From the IMG/VR virus record IMGVR_UViG_3300017963_000082: a stretch of DNA of 49,172 bases; one strand, written 5' to 3'. Positions within the stretch are counted from its first letter, which is position 1. Each line of letters begins with the position of its first letter. Positions 25,108-31,608 of this stretch are shown one piece after another. The notes below the pieces were generated by a model that searched no databases, was not told where the DNA came from, and saw only the letters and a program-made list of their open reading frames with translations. The translations under genes and the position numbers were made by a program. The DNA is from a virus.

Positions 25108-25821
25108 TCACTCCTCCTGTGCCGCTGCGATCGCGCGGACGTCGCCCCGCAGCTCTACCAGCTTGCCCTCACGCATCCGTGAATACAGGTAGCCCAGCGC
25201 CTCCTCTGGTGGTAGCGATCGCGTAGGGTCGTCGTTCGTGGCGAACAGCGTCAGATGCCCATCCTTGCGGCGGTAACGTGTGTCCACCAGTTCGAACAGC
25301 TTCTCGCGGCTCCACTCGGTAGCGTTGAACCGTGTTACCTCGTCGATCGCCAGAACAGGCACGGCCAGCAATTGTTCCCAATAGCGGCTCGTGTTCTCGT
25401 GGCGTCCGTAAAGCATCCGCAGGTGCTCGAGAATGCGGGACATTGGTTCATAGACGCCCTGGACGTTCTCGGCGCGTACCTCGTTGACCACGATCTGCAG
25501 GGCCAGCGACTTGCCCGCTCCGAAGTCACCCCAAAAGGTGTAAAAGCCCTTTTTGTACTCGATCGCGCACTGGATCACCGTCTTGGCCTGCCTCCGCTGT
25601 ACCTGCATTTTCGGCTCGAGTGCTGGTATGCGCCAGTCCTTGAGGGTGTGCGCCTGCTCCCTCTCCTCGAGTCCTGACCGTCGGGCCATCGCCGCTTGTT
25701 GTTCCTCAGTCGCACACCGGGGGCACGGGCGGATCATATCCTTGATGTCTCGCTGCCCTGCACCTACCTTGTCATCGTTCACCAGGTAGCCTAGGCCTCT
25801 GCATATACACGGTTCACTCAT
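25108..25821 (-). CDS. DnaC/IstB-like AAA+ helicase loader.
   Basis: The Walker A motif is GDFGAGKSLA and the Walker B motif is VLAIDEV. The N-terminus has Cys pairs (CICRG...CPRC). Confidence 0.72.
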   Translation of the reverse strand: MSEPCICRGLGYLVNDDKVGAGQRDIKDMIRPCPRCATEEQQAAMARRSGLEEREQAHTLKDWRIPALEPKMQVQRRQAKTVIQCAIEYKKGFYTFWGDFGAGKSLALQIVVNEVRAENVQGVYEPMSRILEHLRMLYGRHENTSRYWEQLLAVPVLAIDEVTRFNATEWSREKLFELVDTRYRRKDGHLTLFATNDDPTRSLPPEEALGYLYSRMREGKLVELRGDVRAIAAAQEE

Positions 25822-26656
25822 CGTCTATCCATCCTGTCGCTAGTGGCACTTCTTGCACGGGTTCCGGTTGGCGTCCGTTGCCGTTGTTGCGGGGACGTTT
25901 CGGTATGCCGTCCCTGAACCAGTCGAGCATACCCGTGATGTTGCGCGGCTTGTAACCAGCCGCAAGCCAAGCGTTGATCGTCGCCTTCCACTTGTCCAGG
26001 GCGCGCGGCTCAGTGCCTACTGCGTGGTGAATGTCTGCCGCTATGTTCCAATTAGGCACGGTTGCATCCGTGAGGTCGCCCCAGACCTTGACCGACGGTG
26101 GCGGGTTGTATCTGTCATAGACGAAACGCTCACCGGGCGCGGGCGCTTCTGTCTCTCTCTCTGTCTCTGTATCTGCTTCTGTCTCTGTATCTGTCTCTGG
26201 TCCGTTACAGTCACGTTTCTGTAACGTTTCTGTAACGTTACATTGTAGCGTTTCCTCGCTGTTACTTGGCCGTTCCTCTTGGGCTTTTTTCCGTGCTCTG
26301 TGTGCTCTTACGCGGGGGGTACTGTTGTCGCTTTCGTATTGGCGCGTTTGCCAGTTTGTGCAGGTCAGGGTATTTCCCTCAAGGTGTAGCATTCCCAAGT
26401 TCTGGAATGTGTCGATCAATTGCTGCACGATCTCGAGATCCATTTCCAGATCGTCCGCTATGTCCTCAACCGTCACCGGCACACTTACAGCCCACAGCAG
26501 ACGCCCACGCTCGGGCGAGTCGTTTGCCATAGCCAAAAGTGTTAGCCAGGTACCGCGCACCTCTACCCGTTTGCAGCCGGTGATCCGACAAATGCGGGTC
26601 AACTTGCGGTCTGATAGGATCTCACTGTACACTCTGAACCACGGATACTCACCCAT
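25814..26656 (-). CDS. Phage replisome organiser / replication initiator-like protein.
   Basis: The N-terminal domain is YPWFRVYSEILSDRKLTRI...WLTLLAMAND. The acidic TETE/TETLQ central linker is encoded by the direct repeats at 26146..26255. It lies upstream of the DnaC-like gene. Confidence 0.6.
   Translation of the reverse strand: MGEYPWFRVYSEILSDRKLTRICRITGCKRVEVRGTWLTLLAMANDSPERGRLLWAVSVPVTVEDIADDLEMDLEIVQQLIDTFQNLGMLHLEGNTLTCTNWQTRQYESDNSTPRVRAHRARKKAQEERPSNSEETLQCNVTETLQKRDCNGPETDTETEADTETERETEAPAPGERFVYDRYNPPPSVKVWGDLTDATVPNWNIAADIHHAVGTEPRALDKWKATINAWLAAGYKPRNITGMLDWFRDGIPKRPRNNGNGRQPEPVQEVPLATGWIDDE
26146..26255. repeat. Iteron-like direct and inverted repeats inside the organiser gene, a candidate origin.
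   Basis: tctgtctctgtatctg occurs at 26160 and 26178 (18-bp period), with a partial copy at 26146. cgtttctgtaa occurs at 26214 and 26225 (11-bp period). The palindrome tgtaacgttaca lies at 26231..26242, and gttacag/ctgtaac at 26204/26219. Confidence 0.55.
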
Positions 26657-27167
26657 TCAACAACTCCATTCCTGCCTGCTCTGGGGTTCTACCACCTTTG
26701 GACTTATTGCAATGTTCACAGGCTGCTACGAGGTTGCTAAACTCATCCGAACCACCTTGACATCTTGGGATCACATGGTCAACTTGAATCGCTGGGGCTC
26801 TGCAGTATCGGCACGTATAATGATCCCGCTCTAGTACAGCACGGCGCCGCAATTCCCAGTCGGGAGCACGCGCATAAGGATCAGGACCACAAGCGAACCG
26901 CTCAAAGTTTGGGATCGTGATACCTGGAGGGGGAGTCAATAGCCCGATCTTAACGAGTTGATCCAACACACGCCCCAAATCTTCCTCGCTCGTATTGAGC
27001 CTCTTAGCGGTAACATACCACGAAGGCAATGCGCCGTCTTGGGCTATCTGCTCTGCAGTGACTAGAATGATCTCTACCCACCGCCGCCATAGGTGATCAT
27101 CGAGTCGTGCCACTTTGGGATCGTCCAACATCTCGATCCACAGTTTCGCCCAGTAGTTAGATGCCAT
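26649..27167 (-). CDS. Organiser-like N-terminal domain fused to an HNH endonuclease.
   Basis: Start set at the ATG 27165..27167 (SD GAGGA). The N-terminus NYWAKLWIEMLDDPKVARL parallels 25814..26656. The C-terminus is HYTCRYCRAPAIQVDHVIPRCQGGSDEFSNLVAACEHCNKSKG. Confidence 0.78.
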   Translation of the reverse strand: MASNYWAKLWIEMLDDPKVARLDDHLWRRWVEIILVTAEQIAQDGALPSWYVTAKRLNTSEEDLGRVLDQLVKIGLLTPPPGITIPNFERFACGPDPYARAPDWELRRRAVLERDHYTCRYCRAPAIQVDHVIPRCQGGSDEFSNLVAACEHCNKSKGGRTPEQAGMELLNG

Positions 27168-27175
27168 AACGTCCT

Positions 27176-27727
27176 CTAGTTGTATCCGTATGGGTTGCAC
27201 TCTGCGACTTGTAGAAACAGGTTGCCAGAACCGCCCGCCTCTCTCTCGCCGCCCTTATAGTCACATTTCACTTGGATCACAATGTCGTCTTTGGTCAGAC
27301 TTCCAGACTTGATGATAATATCGGCACCCCGGATCTGTATATCCTTGTCCGTTATGCCCGTTGGCATCGCCGGAATAGGGAACAGACCGCGCTTGATCAT
27401 TTGTAGAACCAGACGCTCTGCCTTTTTCCCCTTGACGGTCAAATGATCCGTCTCTGAGAAGCGCAGATAATCCCACACCTCAGACCGCACAGACAACGCC
27501 ACGCACTCTTTGATCTCGAATGGAGGCACCAAATAGCCGCTGGCCGTTGCCGTCTCAATTCCCTTTTGGTATCCGTTGACCTTGCGAAACAGTCCGCTAT
27601 GGATCGCCTCTATGCCTCGCCTGGTCGGATATACATAGAGCTTTTCCACAACAGGGCAGACATGAACGCGCAAATGACTATTCTCTGTCTGTATGCCGTG
27701 ATCAATTAGAGACGTGTTGCCCGGCAT
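27176..27727 (-). CDS. PD-(D/E)xK-like nuclease-fold protein (putative).
   Basis: Contains KGKKAERLVLQMIKRG...GADIIIKSG...DIVIQVKCD (an E...D...QxK arrangement). The start is uncertain (27727 or 27733), and it overlaps the end of the methylase gene. Confidence 0.4.
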   Translation of the reverse strand: MPGNTSLIDHGIQTENSHLRVHVCPVVEKLYVYPTRRGIEAIHSGLFRKVNGYQKGIETATASGYLVPPFEIKECVALSVRSEVWDYLRFSETDHLTVKGKKAERLVLQMIKRGLFPIPAMPTGITDKDIQIRGADIIIKSGSLTKDDIVIQVKCDYKGGEREAGGSGNLFLQVAECNPYGYN

Positions 27728-28832
27728 TCTCATTCCCCCAGGTATCCCATCCATCTGCGGTTGTCCGTGAGAACAACTCTATGCGTTGCCCGTGCGGATA
27801 TATCGTGTCTATGATCTCTCTGAATCGTTCCGGCTTCTCAGAGTGAACGTCTGACCGCTCGATCGTCTGAACGCTATCAAAGAGCTTTTGCACATCTGGC
27901 GTGCAGCTCCCGCGAGTGCAGATCAATAGCATCTCATGGCGCACACTGTTGTAATGCCCATAGTTGTGCCGCACCTTGTCCCACACAAACGAGGTCTTGT
28001 ACTTGAACCCCCACGACTTGATCAGGGGGAAACAGTCCTCGAGTAGTGGAGACGTGACCCACAAAAACAGTACGGCGTCTTTTGTGCAGCGCTCTTTGAT
28101 CTCTGTCCCCATAAGGCAAAGATCAGCCAGGCTCATAGGTGGATAATGTCGCTCGACGTGGCCGTAGTTGTCAGACTCACCGATCACGCCGCTGTTGCCA
28201 TATTCCCACGGGGGATCGGCGTACCATATGCGGTACTTGTCATCTGGCAGAGGGGGCGGATCTTGTTTTTGTCGGCGGGTGAGTTCGCGTCGAGCTTGGG
28301 GTATGGACTTCTCGCCGTTACGGACCTGCTCGAGTAGATCGGGGGCGTGCTGCTGTAGGCTCTTTGCGTCTTGGACATAGCGGGGATTAGTCTGAAAGAG
28401 TGCGGCGGCTTTTTCGCGGGCTTCCCCCATCTCACATTCCGGTATTATTTCCGCAATGTCAGTCCGTGTGCCTTGTCGGGCTTTTGCTTCCTTTTCTAGC
28501 ATCGGCAAAGCGTCTAGACTGATCGTCGCCCGCTGGCTGCTGCTCAAATGTCTCCTGTGCAAGTTCAAACTCACCACAAACGAGACGAGCGATCCGCCAT
28601 TGTTCCACGTTCTGAATCGTGGCTCTGTGTGCGTCTCTATGCACGCCCGGTGGCGGTTGCGCCCGTCGATAATACTCCCGTCCGGATGTAGCCAGATCGC
28701 CTCAAGTAGGCCATTCTCTGCTATGTCCTCTTTGAGCTGGTCAAAGTCTGGACCCTCGAGCAGCGGGAATAACTGTGCTACCGGGTGATACTTGCGATCG
28801 ATCTCTGCGTCCCAGTTAGTCATCGCCGCCAC
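27702..28832 (-). CDS. ParB-like N-terminal domain fused to an MT-A70-family adenine DNA methyltransferase.
   Basis: Contains LLEAIWLHPDGSIIDGRNRHRAC (ParB/Srx-like) and IWYADPPWEYGNSG...HYPPM...LFLWVT (MT-A70-like). Confidence 0.78.
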   Translation of the reverse strand: MAAMTNWDAEIDRKYHPVAQLFPLLEGPDFDQLKEDIAENGLLEAIWLHPDGSIIDGRNRHRACIETHTEPRFRTWNNGGSLVSFVVSLNLHRRHLSSSQRATISLDALPMLEKEAKARQGTRTDIAEIIPECEMGEAREKAAALFQTNPRYVQDAKSLQQHAPDLLEQVRNGEKSIPQARRELTRRQKQDPPPLPDDKYRIWYADPPWEYGNSGVIGESDNYGHVERHYPPMSLADLCLMGTEIKERCTKDAVLFLWVTSPLLEDCFPLIKSWGFKYKTSFVWDKVRHNYGHYNSVRHEMLLICTRGSCTPDVQKLFDSVQTIERSDVHSEKPERFREIIDTIYPHGQRIELFSRTTADGWDTWGNENAGQHVSN

Positions 28833-29016
28833 TCAGATCCATAATGCGGTGGACATACCACGTGCTGTCACATTCGACTGAAGGCGTGCCGTCGTCCTCC
28901 ATCTTGATCGTGCAAATGTGCTGCCCATTGTCGCCGAATACAAAAGAGGCGTGTTCCCCTCTCTGCAGCCGAATCGCGCCCAATGGTACGCCTTTGACTT
29001 CTTTACACTTTGACAT
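28816..29016 (-). CDS. Hypothetical small protein.
   Basis: A 66-aa ORF with the SD GAGGAGG upstream of the ATG at 29016. It is the first gene after the promoter and leader at 29017..29207. Confidence 0.55.
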   Translation of the reverse strand: MSKCKEVKGVPLGAIRLQRGEHASFVFGDNGQHICTIKMEDDGTPSVECDSTWYVHRIMDLSGGDD

Positions 29017-29178
29017 TGATCCTCCTCAAACTAAAAAGCGCCTCTGTGTAACGTCGGTGCCGGTAGCAATCCACCAGGGGGGTAAACGGCGACCGGCGCT
29101 ACACACAAGCGCTTTTCGATCTACTGTTCCCCGGTAGGCTTGCTACAGCCTCGGCCCGCACTTTCTCGGACCATCCTC

Positions 29179-29207
29179 ATCTTACCACATCCCGTCCCCG
29201 ATGTCAA
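29179..29207 (-). promoter_or_regulatory. Sigma70-type promoter with an extended -10.
   Basis: The minus strand reads TTGACA (29207..29202), a 17-nt spacer, then TGG-TAAGAT (29184..29179). It lies in the 208-nt gap between genes. Confidence 0.62.
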
Positions 29208-29224
29208 GCATTTTTCACCCATCT

Positions 29225-29488
29225 CTATGCGTCCTTGTCTGCGCTGTACACACAATGGAAATCGATGATGTCCGCGTCGATCCACCACGCCTCGCCCCAC
29301 TGGTTATGGTGATCGGGCAGCTTGTATGCGGGTCCGCCTTCGACCGCATAGATCACGGTCCTGTTGACTCGGATCGCCCAGGCCATAGCACCCATCAGGG
29401 TTGTAAATCCTCGGACAGGGGAACAAATGCGCCCAGCCTGACGATATGCGCGTGCCTTGGTAGGTGTTGTCGCGTGGTATAGTCTCAT
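29225..29488 (-). CDS. Hypothetical protein.
   Basis: Start set at the ATG 29486..29488, in an ATGA overlap with the upstream stop. The sequence begins MRLYHATTPTKARAYRQAGRI.... Confidence 0.5.
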   Translation of the reverse strand: MRLYHATTPTKARAYRQAGRICSPVRGFTTLMGAMAWAIRVNRTVIYAVEGGPAYKLPDHHNQWGEAWWIDADIIDFHCVYSADKDA

Positions 29489-29658
29489 CGTTTCACCCAC
29501 GGTCCCTCCCTCATCTCGGCGCCCTGGCACTTCTCGCAGCGCCATTCCCCACGCTCATACCTGAACCACTGATCGGTGTACTCGTGCCCGGTGCCAGGGT
29601 ATGTGCAGATGGTGCGGCGGTAGACCTGTTTGCGCTGCGTGTTCGGGCCGGTTCTCAT
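29485..29658 (-). CDS. Small Cys-containing protein (57 aa).
   Basis: It is not in the ORF track. There is a TAATG junction with the upstream gene and an ATGA junction downstream. The sequence is MRTGPNTQRKQVYRRTICTYPGTGHEY...WRCEKCQG. Confidence 0.42.
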   Translation of the reverse strand: MRTGPNTQRKQVYRRTICTYPGTGHEYTDQWFRYERGEWRCEKCQGAEMREGPWVKR

Positions 29659-29927
29659 TATGTCGCACCCCCGAAATAGTCCACCAACTCCGCAACCGTC
29701 CGGGGGCGCTCTTGATCATCCTCGCATACCCATCCCACGCCATTGTACACGCAATTATGATCACCAGGGCAGCACGGGTTGCGTGCGCAGCTTGGATTGT
29801 CGCAGCGCCACATTGTACCGAATACGGGCAACTTGACGCCGATTATGGTGAGGCCGTACCCATCGCAGCAAAGACTTGGAAACCGCATCCCCTCAGTTAG
29901 TGGCGTGTTCGGGCCGGTGCGGGTCAT
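29658..29927 (-). CDS. Small Cys-rich protein.
   Basis: An 89-aa ORF, MTRTGPNTPLTEG...WRCDNPSCARNPCCPGDHNC.... It shares the N-terminal TGPNT (16 identical nt) with the next gene. Confidence 0.5.
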   Translation of the reverse strand: MTRTGPNTPLTEGMRFPSLCCDGYGLTIIGVKLPVFGTMWRCDNPSCARNPCCPGDHNCVYNGVGWVCEDDQERPRTVAELVDYFGGAT

Positions 29928-30181
29928 CGGTGTGCCGCCAATTCCCGCTTGAGGTCTGCGATCTCTGCCTGGAGCTTGTCGATCTTTGTGCGCATCTTGC
30001 GCAACCTGCCGACCGCCTGGTGCTCAAGCTTGGTTCTCTCGCGCCTGTGGATGCGGTGCGCCTCTGAACTCCTACCGCACTCAAGGTACTCCAGGTACTC
30101 CTGCCCCGTGATATGCGCGGTCTTGACAAGTTCGGTGATCAACTCCCGGTCTGTCATCTGATGCGTCATCCATCCCTCCAA
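29924..30181 (-). CDS. Small coiled-coil protein.
   Basis: An 85-aa ORF with ...RLRKMRTKIDKLQAEIADLKRELAAHR. Its stop overlaps the next start. Confidence 0.5.
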   Translation of the reverse strand: MEGWMTHQMTDRELITELVKTAHITGQEYLEYLECGRSSEAHRIHRRERTKLEHQAVGRLRKMRTKIDKLQAEIADLKRELAAHR

Positions 30182-30393
30182 ATAAAGCGGCCAGACTCGT
30201 CATCGTCAATGTCGTACCAGTCGTCATCCTCTGGTAGGCCGTCCTCGCCAATGTTGCGCGATCCTCTACACTCGGGATACTGCGAACATCCCCAGAATGG
30301 TTCCCACGACTGGTGGGACTTTGGGCGGCGCAGGACCATCTTTGCGCCGCATTCTGGACAGTACGGTTCTGGGTATGTCTGTATTCCTGCCAT
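30166..30393 (-). CDS. Topoisomerase-type C4 zinc-ribbon protein.
   Basis: Start set at the ATG 30391..30393. Contains CPECGAKMVLRRPKSHQSWEPFWGCSQYPECRG, followed by an acidic tail. Confidence 0.58.
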   Translation of the reverse strand: MAGIQTYPEPYCPECGAKMVLRRPKSHQSWEPFWGCSQYPECRGSRNIGEDGLPEDDDWYDIDDDESGRFIWRDG

Positions 30394-30617
30394 CACCTCA
30401 TCCCTCCTATCACGCCCGACTCGATACGCCCCAGGATCTCCGCGTGCCATGCCCAGGCCCAAGCGCGTACCTGTTGCAAGCAGAGAACTTGTATCTCTGT
30501 GCCGTCCCGCCTGGCCTCTGCGATCTTGTCATTCAGCCGCAGCGCATAGCGGACGATCTGAATCAGGAGGCGTTCGTCGTCGGTTGTGTCGTGTGGTACT
30601 GGTTGGCGTGGGTACAT
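30393..30617 (-). CDS. Hypothetical protein.
   Basis: A 74-aa ORF whose stop shares one nt with the next ATG. Confidence 0.42.
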   Translation of the reverse strand: MYPRQPVPHDTTDDERLLIQIVRYALRLNDKIAEARRDGTEIQVLCLQQVRAWAWAWHAEILGRIESGVIGGMR

Positions 30618-30656
30618 TGGTCCTCCCTGTGAGTGTGCAGCAAGACGGTCAGCCTG

Positions 30657-30896
30657 CTAGTCGGCTTTAAGCCGGAATGGACATACCTTAGAACTTACCC
30701 CTTTGGCCCAGACGTGCGCCTCGGGGACGACGGCGTGAAACCCGTCATCCTTGCGTGTTACGAGTACCGGGCCGTCTGGCACGATCGGTGCCAGGCCTGC
30801 GATGAAACGATCCCCTCTCCACCCAAGCATCACCGCGTTAGAGGCGACGCGGGCGCTCTGTCCTACTTGCATTTCCATCACGATCTGTGGTGTCAC
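30657..30896 (-). CDS. Hypothetical protein, short version of track ORF 30657..31031.
   Basis: The SD AGGAGGTG lies 4 nt before the GTG at 30894..30896. The upstream part of the track ORF has no SD and reads poorly. Confidence 0.38.
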   Translation of the reverse strand: MTPQIVMEMQVGQSARVASNAVMLGWRGDRFIAGLAPIVPDGPVLVTRKDDGFHAVVPEAHVWAKGVSSKVCPFRLKAD

Positions 30897-31246
30897 GTTG
30901 CACCTCCTGTATACGTGAAAACGGTGTACCGTCTTGCTGCCGAAAGTGCCCGCGCATAGACTCAAGCCAGGGCAGACCGCCGGGGTCAGTATTTCCCGCT
31001 TCGACATCTCCCTGGTCATTCCTATTCTCACCCACCCACCCGTCAGTCTATGCGCAGGCTATGAAACGGTGCGGGCCAGATTCCCCACCTGGCTCCAACG
31101 AAAGAGCTTTCCCAAAAGCATTTCCGCCTCTTGGCAGTCGGCATCAGCCTGCTTGTGGCCCTTGCCCTTTCCTGCACTCCACACTTGGTCCCTTACCACC
31201 CGCTGCCACGGGTCCGCACCGTTATCAACTTGTCAATGTGCTGCTA

Positions 31247-31353
31247 GGGAGACCGGCGGGACTCGAACCCGCGCATACCATCTCTGACGTATCCGTATCA
31301 CCGGAGGCCAGTTAATCCCGGGCCGGCTGCTCTGCCACTGAGCTACGGTCTCC
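31247..31353 (-). tRNA. tRNA-like gene with canonical acceptor, D and T arms but an oversized anticodon/variable region. The isotype is undetermined.
   Basis: The minus strand reads G-GAGACCG-TA-GCTC-AGTGGCA-GAGC-A-[55 nt]-GCGGG-TTCGAGT-CCCGC-CGGTCTC-C. U8, A14, G18G19, A21, T54-A58 and G53:C61 are all in place, and no CCA is encoded. Confidence 0.5.
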
Positions 31354-31358
31354 GTAGT

Positions 31359-31403
31359 GCCTCGTGTGCCTTAGAAGTCGGCTGGCCAGGCCGCACACGA
31401 GGC
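31359..31403. other. Perfect 11-bp inverted repeat (stem-loop) 5 nt upstream of the tRNA-like gene.
   Basis: gcctcgtgtgc (31359..31369) pairs with gcacacgaggc (31393..31403), with a 23-nt loop. No U-tract follows. Confidence 0.6.
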
Positions 31404-31439
31404 GTGGATGGCCTAGACGATCCAAAAGTGCATCAGCAC

Positions 31440-31577
31440 CACGACCGCGACCACGACCCCGACCGCGACCCCGACCGCGACCGCGACCGCGACCCCGACC
31501 GCGACCCCGACCGCGACCCCGACCGCGACCGCGACCACGACCGCGACCACGACCGCGACCACGACCGCGACCCCGAC
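31440..31577. repeat. Tandem hexanucleotide repeat (CNCGAC) x 23, 138 bp.
   Basis: Counted directly, N = a,g,a,c,g,c,g,g,g,c,g,c,g,c,g,g,a,g,a,g,a,g,c. There are no interruptions. Confidence 0.95.
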
Positions 31578-31608
31578 CAGTCGTATCCAGTCCGTGCGAT
31601 CGCTGCGT

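Noticed and set aside
29096-29116. Plus-strand terminator-like hairpin gcgct-acacaca-agcgc-tttt.
   Set aside because: No plus-strand gene or promoter lies upstream in this region. The element is better explained as part of the minus-strand leader structure.
31247-31353. tRNA-Sec or tRNA-His assignment, and the idea that the element is an attP core for integration into a host tRNA gene.
   Set aside because: For Sec, the only TCA in the central segment is not in a 7-nt loop flanked by a stem. For His, GUG is present but not in a canonical anticodon loop (no U33). For attP, both halves of the tRNA are present and no integrase or recombinase gene exists anywhere in the genome.
31440-31577. CRISPR array hypothesis for the repeat regions (31440..31577 and 36691..36962).
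   Set aside because: The units are 5-6 nt with no unique spacers of 25-40 nt. There are no cas genes or leader-repeat architecture.
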